DNA from: Perkinsus chesapeaki ATCC PRA-425
Lineage: Eukaryota > Protista > Perkinsozoa
Length of the DNA stretch: 41,630 bases
Direction: 5' to 3'
NCBI GenBank assembly: GCA_013115145.1
Contig: JAAPAO010000298.1
Span: forward strand, 1 to 41,630
The notes under the pieces are model-generated. The model was not told where the DNA came from. It did not search any database and saw only the letters and a list, made by a program, of their open reading frames with translations. Shown in pieces: positions 1-11,326 of the stretch (the first letter of the stretch is position 1; each line of letters begins with the position of its first letter). The position numbers and the translations under genes were made by a program.

Positions 1-1691
1 TATTAGCTCAAGCCCCTACTGGTAGTGGTAAGACACTAGCATTTATAATACCAGTATTACAAAGATTAGCTAGACCAGAAAAGAAGTAGTAAAGGGGGAG
101 GAGGAGGTATAGGAGATTTCACGGAAATATGGTATGAATAGGTTCTGTCGATGTATTATAGTGGACCCTACTAGAGAGTTAGCTGTACAAACAGTTAGAG
201 AGGCTGATAGGCTAGTACAGGGGTGTAGTAAGAAGTTTAGGATTAAATTATTGGATAAAAATACTAATGTAATTAATAATAAGATAATTGGTATGATGAG
301 GAGGAGGGGGTTAACTTAGGTTAAAAGATTGGATATCGGTGTACATACACCATTAGGATTGGTACAAGCATTAAAGGATGGTACACTTAATATTAATGAT
401 ACAGAGGTTATAATATTCGATGAAGGTAATGATAATAATAATGGATAATAATGTTTATAAAACAGTCGCACTACTGTTAGGTGATAAGCTATTGGATCTA
501 GGGTTCCAGGAACAAATAGATGAGATTATCAAATTCGCTACAGATGAAGATGATCGTCGTCGAACAGCTGGTAAACACTTGTTCATTTTCTTTTTCTTGT
601 TGTTGTTATATGTGGTTTATAGGTAACTCTCTTGCACCTATTCAATTAGCTTTATTCTCTGCTACTATGCCTGATAATGTTGTACATTTAATGACTAGTG
701 TTATGGATCCATCTCCTAATAGAGTATGGGTTGGTCAACAAGGATCAGCTGCTAAAGATGTAATACCATATTATATATTATATTATTAACGATAATAGGT
801 ACAACAAAGGTTATTATTCTGTGGAAATGAAGAAGGTAAATTGGTAGCATTACGTAGAATGATAACTAGTGGTGAAGTTAAACCACCATGTCTAGCATTT
901 GTACAGAGTAAAGCTAGAGCACAGGAACTTACTAAGGAGTTGATGTTTGATGGTAGTAATAATGATAATACAAAGGGGAAGAAACTCTCCTCCTCCTTGT
1001 TTTTATTATTAGGTGTATTTGTAGCATGTATACATTCTGATATGACACGTAAACAAAGGGATACCTGTATAGATAACTTTAGATTAGGAAAGATATGGAT
1101 ATTAATATGTACAGATGTTATGGCTAGAGGTGTGGACTTTAAAGGTGTACAACAGGTAGTAAAGAGAAGGAGGGAGAAAGACAATAGGCTTATTATTTTT
1201 GTGTAATAATAATATATTATTAGGTTATTAACATAGATTTACCACGCTCATCAGCCACCTATATACATAGGGTAGGTAGAACTGGTAGAGCTGGTAATAA
1301 AGGAGAAGCTGTTACCATGTTTACTATGGATGATAAACCGTAATAATGATATGTATTAAATAACCGCATAGAAGCAGCTGCTGTTCATATCAGATATCTA
1401 CGACCAATTATTAGTGTGATGAAGCAATCAGGTTTGGATATACCTGATTGGTTGAATAACTTACCACATCCTAAAAAGGGTATACAGACTAAGAATTCTG
1501 AATATAAGTAATAAGGGGTGGATAGGGAGGGTTTAGGACTATCAGTGGTAATACTTAGGAAACCATTAGAGAGAGCTCATCTAACAACATTATCTGGCTA
1601 TGATAGACAAAGGATAGCTAAACGAAAACAGATGATAGCGATGTCAAAGGAGAAAAATAAAAGGGCAAAAACAACAACAACACCTGAATAG
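1..1691 (+). CDS. ROK1: DEAD-box RNA helicase, ROK1/DDX52 type; 5'-truncated by the window; multi-exon
   Basis: Spliced translation gives [10 protein letters not shown] (I), DPTRELA (Ia), IIFDE|GD (II), LFSAT (III), [16 protein letters not shown] (ROK1-like IV), [12 protein letters not shown] (V) and [12 protein letters not shown] (VI). Stop TAG at 1689-1691. Confidence 0.88.
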
Positions 1692-1799
1692 TAGTAATAA
1701 TTACTATTGTTCTTATACGTATACAGTTTATCAGAATATCGATCTATTGTGGTGTAATGAGTGTCAATATACCTTATAGTTATAGTTGTTCTTACTAAT

Positions 1800-3224
1800 A
1801 TGCCAAGTCATACCATACCATCAACAACAACAGCCACAACGGCTGCTAGTTTAATAGCAGCCGGTGGAGTACTTATATTTGCAGCTGGCATTATAGGGTC
1901 AATGAAGTCTAATGTAAAGGAAATGTGGTATTAATAGGTTATGTAATACAATAGATACGGACTTTGGAGGGGTTACTGGCACATGAGACTGAAAAACGGT
2001 TAGCAGAAAGGACTGGTAGAATAAGAGCGGAGCGAAGGTTAGAGGATAAACAAGGAGAAAGTGATGGAAGCAATAATGATGAGGAAGGGGATGGAAAAGG
2101 ATATACTATGTAGTAGTGGTGGTGATGGGTGGTGATGGTAGTAGTATTATATTAATAATAGGTATACTTTAGGGACATGTCGCAGTTGCTTTCCTAAACG
2201 TAATGGTACACCTAGACAAAGTGGTATTGCTGATATAGCTAAAGGTGTTATTGAAATACGTCCAACAGCTAATCCTAAAAGTTGTTTACAAGGATTAGAA
2301 GGGTAAGTAGTAATGTAATATTGGTAGTAGATAGTAGTAGTATTATACAGATACTCACATATATGGGTTATATACCTATTCCATCTTAATACTAATTTAG
2401 CAAAGAGATCACCACACTTTAATGGTTTAAAGGGTTTAGTATCACCTCCACGTAAGTTCATGACCGTATACTATTATTATAATCATTAATAATTATGTTA
2501 TATATAAGGTAACCCTAGTCATGGTAAGGTAGGATCATTGGCATGTAGAAGTCCACATAGACCTAACCCAATAGGTTTAACACTTTGCCGTTTACATAGT
2601 GTTGATGCTGATAAAGGTAATTATAAAGTATTATAATTAGTACTAAGGTACTTTATTATTAAGGTACTTTAACAATATCAGGATTGGATGTAGTAGATGG
2701 TACACCTATACTCGATATTAAACCCTATCTACCTATGACTGAATCTCAACCATTAGCTAGTGTAATATTAATATACCATGCATATGCATTAACATATACA
2801 TTAGGTACCTTCATGGGTTGGAACTAGTTATGAAGAAAATGACAAGTGAGTAGTAGTATTATTACTATTAATAAATATACTATTATTATTCAGATTATTT
2901 GTTATATGGGAATGCAAACGTGATGTCCCTAAAGGTGCTGGTGAGTATGTTAATATGTCAGATGATGAAGTTCTTACTCTAATCGATAGTGTAGTTCTCC
3001 CTATTATTACCCCCTATTACGTATTATTAAAGGTACTGTCTCTGGATATAAGAAGTAAGCATCAAAAAGAGAATACAAGTAAATGGGAGGGTGAGGTAGA
3101 GTTATGTTACCTAACAATAAAGTAATAATAACATTTGAGATAGGATATAGAGATATATAATCATAGATATGTTATTAACTTGGATCATCAAGTGGTAACT
3201 GTTAAGTCAATAACCCCATCATAG
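1800..3224 (+). CDS. TRMO: tRNA m6t6A37 methyltransferase TrmO/TsaA (YaeB) family, with N-terminal hydrophobic segment; multi-exon
   Basis: Exons give SCFPKRNGTPRQSG, GLEG|YSHIWVIYLFHLN, VSPP, ACRSPHRPNPIGLT, GLDVVDGTPILDIKPY and VLSLDIRS. ATG at 1800, TAG at 3222-3224. Confidence 0.88.
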
Positions 3225-3336
3225 TACTTCCTTACGTTCCTATTATATATATTATTTGAGTTGTATTACTATAACACAATAATATAAAATAATAACGTCA
3301 AATGGTAATAAGGGTAAAGCCCATGAATACTACATG

Positions 3337-5930
3337 CTATAATAAAGGAGACCCATGAGAGGATGATGATGCAGGTTCTATAAATTGTGCTTTTCTATTA
3401 ACCTTTTTTATACCATCTAATATCATCCTTATACGTGTTGTCCTATGTGCCCTAAAAATAATACATATTAATAAGTATAATATTGAATATCCATCCACCT
3501 GCAATACTCATCCATTTTAGCTTTAATAACTTCCACATAAAACTGTGATCTAGTCAGCGCTATTGCCTTAGCGTTTCTACAAAGCCTTGATAAAGCAATA
3601 ACAAAGCAGCATACCTATTAGATATCATCCTACTAAATACTACTTACTGTATCTCATTATTACTATATTTATATTAGAACTATAGAAGTCATATGACCTT
3701 TCTGCCGTCCATAATGTAAAGCATTTATAACTAGGTAATGATGAGCTCTGACGTCTAGTTGAATATCCTATTGGCCTATGTAACATATACGCCCTGGCTA
3801 ATATACCAAAGTCAATTCTAACCTAAAAGATATCATAATATATATTATTAGATAATAACACCTACAACATCCTCTAATCTAATACCCCTTGTTCTAGTAC
3901 CAATATCACCAGGTACACACCATAGTAGTTTCCTAACTGTTGAGTCATACCGTGCATTCCTATAATAATATTAACTAATAATAATATGTTATTATTACAC
4001 TGTATGCATATCATTCTTCTTTTTTAACATCATTTTCATTATTAATTGTCCACGTTGTACCTCTAATATCTCCCTTATACATTGGTGTAATGTTAAAGCA
4101 TGTATTCTTTTATGATATACCGAGCCCTACTAATATCATCCATCTATCAACAACTATATACCACCTATCACCCTATTACCCTATGCGCTCTAATAACCCC
4201 ATATCGGCTTCTACCATCATCCTTCCTACACATCAACTACCTCTTACTACAACTCATTACTAGTAGTAGCAACAACCCTACAGATCAGCAATCTCTTTCA
4301 TTAGTTTTTTCCTTTCTTCCTTCCAAGTTGCCTTTTTCTTTTCATAAGCCTTTTTCTGTGCTAACCATGTAACAGCAGCCTCAAGATGCTGTCGACGCTC
4401 TGCTTGCCATGATGCTGCTTCCTCAGCATAACGCTGACTAAGGCTCATTATAGACTCCTCATCTGACTGTAGTTTCTGCCAATAACACAAAACCTGTCCC
4501 CTCTCTCTTAATAACCTATTCTATTACCTCATTATGTGACTGCTGTAATGTTACTCTAGCTTCTAACATCTCCTTACGTATAGAAGATACTTCAGTTTGT
4601 ATATCATCCAATCCAACACTAATACCTACCAGCAGCAGCAGCCTTACCCCTTATTACCATAATCCTTATTACCTAGATTAGCACCACATATCCCCCTAGT
4701 AATATCTGTTATTTTATCTAGGAATGTAGTAAACTGTCTAGTTTGAGCTGCTAACCGATGTTGTATCCGAAGCAATAGGACTCTATATCGACACAGTAAT
4801 GATATTAAACCTATCGATCATTTATTGAATAATAATATATCATTAATATTAATACGTTCCTCTTTAGCTTCACTATTATGTGCTACATCTACTACTGGAG
4901 AAAGCTCCTCGACTTGTAAACGCAATGATGATGCTTCCGTTTGATGGGTGGATATGTCCATCTTAGCCTGTTGTAGATGCTCCTATAAAACAGTACTAAT
5001 ATGTCTTATACTCTTCCCACTTGTTCACACCTTTAGTGTATTGATCTCTTTGTCCTTTTCCCTTTCCCTTTTATATGCTTCATCTAATAGTCGTTGTAAT
5101 TCTGTATTACGTTTATCAGAGTTAGCAATAACTCTTTCCAAGCCAACAACAGTCTCCTTCAATGATACCTATATATTATAATTAATACAACAAACTGCCA
5201 GTACGTCCTTTAGTACATTATCCTTATTAAGGTTATCTACCTCTTCACTATACTCTATCATAGTCTGTCTCATCTCTTTTAATCTAATATAAATGTATAC
5301 ACCATCTTAGTAACATTATTATTACCTAGGGTCATCTTTAGTCTTATCATCACTGTTATTATAACTAAAAGCCATCCTAAAGTATTATTGTAATACTATG
5401 TACCTTACTTCACTATAGTATCATTTAAAGTAGCCTGATCATCCCCAATAGAAGGCTTCTCTAGATGATATAGTGAAGTTAACTATTAATTTATATTATT
5501 ATCAGATATGTCAGAGTTGTTGAGTATCACCTTCATATCCTTTTGTGATGCTCTAGAAGGTAAGGATAGACTACTACCCCTATCTATACTCCTTCTAATA
5601 TTATATGTATCCTATATGAATAATATAATACTAATAAAGCTTATATAATTATTACTCCATGTAATGATGATACTGCAGATGACATACTAACACCTTCCTC
5701 TTCATCCTCCTCCTCCTCATCATCTGTTGTAAATATAAGGCTATGTACTACAGCTGTATGATGTATCCTGAAATATAATATCCTTAATAATACTATTATA
5801 ACTATATTACCTATCCAATAGTTCACTCTCCTCTCGTAAAGCATCCAATTCACTACGTTTAGGCCCAGTCATTACACACATCTACCAATCACCAACCTGC
5901 GCAGTTCGAATGCATATAGCGCGCGCCATT
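3337..5930 (-). CDS. Hypothetical coiled-coil protein; multi-exon; start not resolved
   Basis: Chain of GT-AG-bounded minus-strand exons rich in E/K/R/L/Q (ELDALREESELLDR, KLQSDEESIMSLSQRYAEEAASWQAERRQHLEAAV, EKKKATWKEERKKL). Stop at 3337-3339. No family motif recognised. Confidence 0.6.
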
Positions 5931-6308
5931 CTAATCGATTTGGTTGACCATGCCTGTTGCTCTACCATCAGAAGCTTACCTCGATGATTATCAGGGAATG
6001 GTTATTAGAGTGAGCATCTGATAACAGCAATGGTTGGGGTATATATACAATATGACTATGTGGAAGTTTGGTATTAAATTTAGATGTTTGCATGATATCT
6101 TGTCCTATTGAGTTATCTCTATTGATCATCGTACTTGTTAACGCTACATTATCCCTACGGGTACCATCCTAATACCCATGCTGTGAGGAGCATATTATAT
6201 AATATCATCACTTAGCGAACATATCTATACAAAAGATACGCTAGTGTAGCTAACGCTATATTGTCATTATCATCAGTTTTATCAGCTCCCTATTTTCCCC
6301 CTATAACA

Positions 6309-7580
6309 ATGTCCTCAACTGAAGGAACCACTAAGGTTAAGCAGGGCCTTGCTCAAATGCTTAAAGGTGGTGTTATTATGGATGTTATGACCGTTGAACA
6401 AGCCAAGATCGCCGAGGCTGCTGGTATCACTATAACTTATTATAGTATTTAATATCATTTAGGTGCTGTTGCTGTGATGGCTCTTGAACGTATCCCAGCT
6501 GATATTAGAGCTGATGGTGGTGTTGCTAGAATGTCTGATCCTAAGATGATTAAGGAGATTATGGAAGCTGTTTCCATTCCTGTTATGGCTAAGTGCCGCA
6601 TTGGTCACTTTGTCGAGGCACAGGTAACATATTAATCTACCGTAGCTCCATATATTATATATTAGGTCCTTGAAGCTGTTGGTGTTGATTATATTGATGA
6701 GTCTGAGGTCCTCACTGTTGCTGATGAAGATAATCATATTAATAAGACTAAGTACCCTATAACCTCTCATTTGATATTATTACCCCACTACATCAGGTTC
6801 AAGGTGCCATTCGTGTGTGGATGCCGTAACCTTGGTGAAGCTCTTCGTCGTATTGCTGAGGGTGCTAGTATGATTCGTACCAAGGGTGAAGCTGGCACTG
6901 GTAAGGTTCATTAAAGTATATCATCCAATACATCCATTCACCATAGGTAACGTTGTTGAGGCTGTTCGCCACATGCGCACTGTTAACAGAGAGATCCGTA
7001 TCCTCCAAGCTTTAGAGGATGATGAGGTATTCACCTTTGCCAAACAGATTGGTGCTCCACTATCTCTTGTTGAGGAGACCAGACAGCTTGGTCGTTTGCC
7101 TGTCGTCAACTTTGCTGCTGGTAAGATATTATTATCAAGTTTATGTATGTTATACTTGTTCTTGATTAGGTGGTGTTGCCACCCCAGCTGATGCAGCTCT
7201 ATGCATGCAGATTGGTGTTGATGGTGTCTTTGTTGGCTCTGGTATCTTCAAGTCTGATAACCCAGAGAAGCGTGCCCATGCTATTGTCCAAGCTGTTACT
7301 CATTTCAAGGATCCTAAGGTATTACGTTGATACTGCCGCCCCCCCCCACATCACTGTACTTAGGTTATCGCTGAAGTATCTGAGGATCTTGGAAAGCCTA
7401 TGACTGGTATTAACTGTGACGAGTTGAAGGTCCGCTTCGCTGAGCGTGAGGCTGGTAACATGCCCACTACTTCCGGAGACAAGAAGGGTAATGAAATAAA
7501 GGGTAAGTAGTAGCTTAGATAAATAACAACATTATATACATGTTAAATATGTAGGTACATCCCTCGCTGAAGTTGAGTAA
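6309..7580 (+). CDS. PDX1: Pyridoxal 5'-phosphate synthase subunit Pdx1 (PdxS/Snz1); multi-exon
   Basis: [49 protein letters not shown] (catalytic Lys), [19 protein letters not shown] (second Lys), [31 protein letters not shown]. Strong codon bias. The unspliced stop is at 7510; the last exon 7555-7580 gives the spliced stop. Confidence 0.97.
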
Positions 7581-7815
7581 GTCTTATGTTCCTCCATAAT
7601 ATAGTAACCGTTAACATTTAACGTTGGGGGGAGTAGTATGGTTTCTCGGAAATATCATTTGAGTGTGATGGAGTTAATATCGTCACAGCCGAGTGTGCTG
7701 AGTGGTGGATACTAACCAATACATGTACGCAACATGCAGCTAAAGATGCTTAACAATCGTTTAATACTACTCTACGTGAAACCGCCGCCGTGGTCGGTAT
7801 GATGGTAAAAGGGAA

Positions 7816-9171
7816 TCATTGTTGCTGACCGAGTGCTACGTTAAATAATAATGCTATGACACTTCCCCATAATATACCATGAACCAACGCGAAAGGCATA
7901 AAGTAACCCGCTACTTCTTGCTCGGTCTCATCTGATGATACTCTTTTTGGGCCATCTACCATAGACCATGTAACACCCATACCATTAGTTAAGGCTAATA
8001 ATGCCATTTGTACATGTTTAAACCAATTCCATTGAAAAGGTCTAATAGATGGATATAATGCAGTAGAAATGAATAATGGTATAAAACAAACTCTACAGCA
8101 TACGAATAGAAATAGATACCAACCCTTTAATGGTGGCAACAAACCAGGAGCAGCACGTCCTACTGTATCTAACACCTGAAAGGTGAACGTAACTTGAGCT
8201 ATAAAATCTATATTAGAGGGGTTCTCAGGGAGCCATAGAACACTTTGAGCAGGAAAAACTACGAAAGTGACAGCCATTGTGACCCATACGCAAACAGCAC
8301 TCGGAGCAACGTCACGGAGGATAGCAAGTACAGGCCGTCTAGTTTGACGGGTTGATAGACTTGAATGCATTCTATTATCCTCTATACTCAGAACTTGGAC
8401 CACATAGGGATGTTTGGATGTACCAAACGTATACATTGGGATCATTAATAATGCGAGACATGCACCAATAGAGAGAAGTATAAGGCATCTCCATTGAGGT
8501 ATCGGAGTTACACCAGATGATCTTAGGATCCAATTGAAAAGTACGTATAGGGGCCAAGGGAGTAACCCTGCTACACCCTCACCAATCATAATACTCACAG
8601 TACAGGATGAGGGGCATAATGCAGCAATACCGAGTGCAGTAGGCTCGAACACAGCATAACCAGTACCAAGTATGAACATACAAATGAGGGCTAATGAGAA
8701 TGATATCGTTGAGTTATCTATAGTTAGAGCAATAATAGCAGTTAACACAGTTCCTATCGCTAAGAGTACACAGCCTAGTAAGATTCTAGGCTTGAAAGGA
8801 AATCTATTTCCATACCATATAAGTAATATTTGTACTATATTAACAGCAATGGAGTAAAGGAAGGATAAGCATGCTGCGTAGTAATGTTGAAACCTACCGT
8901 TGAGGTAGTCCAGTTCTGTTAATATTAAATTATACGGCAGAAGAGCAATGAATCCAAAGCAGCTCATCTGGAAAAACAGTAGCCAGTTAACCCTCGCCGA
9001 GCTGGGGATTGGTGATCGGTCTTGCTCGGCCGATTTCGACGATTCTTCCGAACTGGTGAAGCCAGATGAGAATCCATCTGATGATACCACAGGAGTAACC
9101 AGCGTGTTATTCGGTCGCCCAATTATCGTGTTATCCGTTAATGGTTCTTCGGTAGCTGATCTACCCGTCAT
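7816..9171 (-). CDS. Equilibrative nucleoside transporter (ENT/SLC29) family, copy 1 (divergent, inverted); intronless
   Basis: Uninterrupted ORF with ~11 hydrophobic segments and GFIALLPYN, VFPA, FQVLDTVGR, LTNG and EQEVAGY. Met39 of the tracked ORF (9171) is preferred as start; an upstream ATG at 9285 is possible. Confidence 0.88.
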   Translation of the reverse strand: MTGRSATEEPLTDNTIIGRPNNTLVTPVVSSDGFSSGFTSSEESSKSAEQDRSPIPSSARVNWLLFFQMSCFGFIALLPYNLILTELDYLNGRFQHYYAACLSFLYSIAVNIVQILLIWYGNRFPFKPRILLGCVLLAIGTVLTAIIALTIDNSTISFSLALICMFILGTGYAVFEPTALGIAALCPSSCTVSIMIGEGVAGLLPWPLYVLFNWILRSSGVTPIPQWRCLILLSIGACLALLMIPMYTFGTSKHPYVVQVLSIEDNRMHSSLSTRQTRRPVLAILRDVAPSAVCVWVTMAVTFVVFPAQSVLWLPENPSNIDFIAQVTFTFQVLDTVGRAAPGLLPPLKGWYLFLFVCCRVCFIPLFISTALYPSIRPFQWNWFKHVQMALLALTNGMGVTWSMVDGPKRVSSDETEQEVAGYFMPFALVHGILWGSVIALLFNVALGQQQ

Positions 9172-9300
9172 ACAAGGCACAGGGACTTCAAGGCTTAGGC
9201 GCGAGGCTAGCCGCACGCATGCGCAGAGGGGCCGAGCTTTGCACGCGCGTACAAGCCCAGAGGCGCTCCAACTCTGAATGACCACTTGATGATGATGCTG

Positions 9301-9361
9301 CCTCCGTCTTCTCTTTCTTGCAGGTGTGACATAATTATGGTTTAGTTGATTACTGTTGTAG
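9301..9361 (+). promoter_or_regulatory. Polypyrimidine tract plus CAG followed directly by a 38-nt GT...AG element upstream of ENT copy 2 (trans-splice acceptor and/or 5'-UTR intron)
   Basis: CCTCCGTCTTCTCTTTCTTGCAG (9301-9323), then GTGTGA...TGTAG (9324-9361), 22 nt before the ATG at 9384. Confidence 0.35.
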
Positions 9362-9383
9362 TTGTTTCTTATCCTGTTCCTAC

Positions 9384-10622
9384 ATGGTTGCCGTGAAAGA
9401 TATCCCAGCCGAGGATACCAAACCCGGCCCTAAGGTCACCGCCTCGTTATTGGCCCAAATGGCTGTACTAGGATTTGTAGCCTTGGCCCCCTGGAACTTT
9501 GTCCTATCTGAGCTATCATACCTGGATGGGAAGTTTGAGAACCATTTCGGTGCTACTGTTCCTATATTCTATGGTGCGGCTGTTAACATCGCACAATTAC
9601 TTCTCATCTGGGTTGGTAACAAGTTCACCTTTGCACCCCGTTTCGACTGGGGATGCATAATCCTATCCATATTTAACATCCTACTGGCTATCGTCGCAAT
9701 GACCATTGGTAATGACAATGCGGTAGAGAACCCTAATCTTGGTTTTGGATTGGGTTTAGTATGCGTATTCTTGCTTGGTTTTGGTCATGCTGTTATGGAG
9801 TCTTCTGCATTTGGTCTCGCTGCCTTGTGCCCGAAGTCATGTATGATCTGGGTTATGGTAGGCGAAGGACTTGCTGGTCTAGTAGGATGGCCGTTGAGCA
9901 TGTTATTGAACTGGGCCCTTACTTCCGGTGGTGTTGACCGTGTTGAAGAGTGGAGATGTCTTATATTCTTCTGTGTCACTTCGGTTGTCACCATTGCCAT
10001 TGTCCCCATGTTCCGCATGCTTACTTCGAAGCACCCCTATATGGCCGAAGTCCTCAAAATCGAGCAAAATCGTGCCAAATCGAGCGTGATGACTCGGCAG
10101 ACACGTCGTCCGGTTTTGGCCATTATAAAGGATGTTAGCCCTATGGCATTCGGTGCCTGGTGCACTCTTGCTGTAACCTTTATTGTATTCCCTGCCCAGG
10201 TTGTGCTTTGGCAATCCTCAGACCCATCCAATACAGGTTTCGTATCTCAAGTTATATATACGTTCCAGGTAGTTGATACCATTGGACGTTTCGTTCCCAA
10301 TCTTGGATTCAACATGCGAGGTAGTTTCCTTATTGCCTTTACCTTAGCCCGTTCTCTCTTTATTCCTCTGTTTATCTGTACCAGTCTTTATGCAACTGTT
10401 GTTCCTTTCCAGTATGACTGGTTTAAGCATATGGAGATGGGAGTATTCGCCTTAACTAATGGTGTATCTGCTACCCTGTCAATGGTCTATGGCCCACAGC
10501 GTGTTCCTAATGATAAAGCAGAACAAGAGGTCGCTGGATACACCATGGGTTTCGCGCTCATCAACGGTATTTTCATCGGTAGTGTACTTGGTATCTGCAC
10601 TAACCTCGGCCTTGGCCAGTGA
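9384..10622 (+). CDS. ENT/SLC29 family transporter, copy 2; intronless CDS
   Basis: 412-aa ORF with GFVALAPWN, VFPA, FQVVDTIGR, LTNG and EQEVAGY. Confidence 0.93.
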   Translation: MVAVKDIPAEDTKPGPKVTASLLAQMAVLGFVALAPWNFVLSELSYLDGKFENHFGATVPIFYGAAVNIAQLLLIWVGNKFTFAPRFDWGCIILSIFNILLAIVAMTIGNDNAVENPNLGFGLGLVCVFLLGFGHAVMESSAFGLAALCPKSCMIWVMVGEGLAGLVGWPLSMLLNWALTSGGVDRVEEWRCLIFFCVTSVVTIAIVPMFRMLTSKHPYMAEVLKIEQNRAKSSVMTRQTRRPVLAIIKDVSPMAFGAWCTLAVTFIVFPAQVVLWQSSDPSNTGFVSQVIYTFQVVDTIGRFVPNLGFNMRGSFLIAFTLARSLFIPLFICTSLYATVVPFQYDWFKHMEMGVFALTNGVSATLSMVYGPQRVPNDKAEQEVAGYTMGFALINGIFIGSVLGICTNLGLGQ

Positions 10623-11326
10623 TATTATTATTATCCTTAGCCGCCTTGCAAAAGGTGTTACTGGTCCATTATTCAGTTACTACAGGAGTTAGTGCAACCA
10701 TTTGTTTTCAAATTGTATTATAGTGTACTGATGATGGTATACTCTATATCGTCTTATATCGATGTTCATTATTATGTTGTCTTGCCGCCCTTATAATGGC
10801 ATAGACTTCAACTTTCTATGATTAATTATTATTGAATAGCAACTCGAAGTACAAGAAGAAGAAGTCTCTGGATTCAGTCCATCAAACTGTTAATAGGAAT
10901 TTTCTATTAATAACGCAGATTAGAAGAAGAGTTGAACTATGTTTTAAAACAGTATGTTGTGTTCAGTGGGACAGCATGCACACAATGGCTACTATAGAAA
11001 GTACGAGAATAGAAAGTACATATAAGCATGCGATACAATAGCCCCAGCACATAACTGTCGGACTAAATAGTACAGTGGTTACCGGATAAAACCCCAGCAG
11101 CCGTTTGAGCTCATCACTGGTGGCAATGTGACAGTATGACAATGATATTAGGTTGCGCGTGCGTGCTGAATGAAGCTAGCTGAATGACAGCTAGAGACGG
11201 ACGCTAAGATATTTTATTACATGAATTAAAGGATTGATACTTAAGGATACACCACTCCGATTAGAGGAATAATCTTGTTACGATAGTCTTACTTAGTGTT
11301 TTTATCAACGACGTACCATTAATAAC

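Noticed and set aside
9172-9285. 38-aa N-terminal extension of ENT copy 1
   Set aside because: It overlaps the GC-rich promoter-like patch and paralogues have short N-termini, so the downstream Met is preferred. Not excluded.
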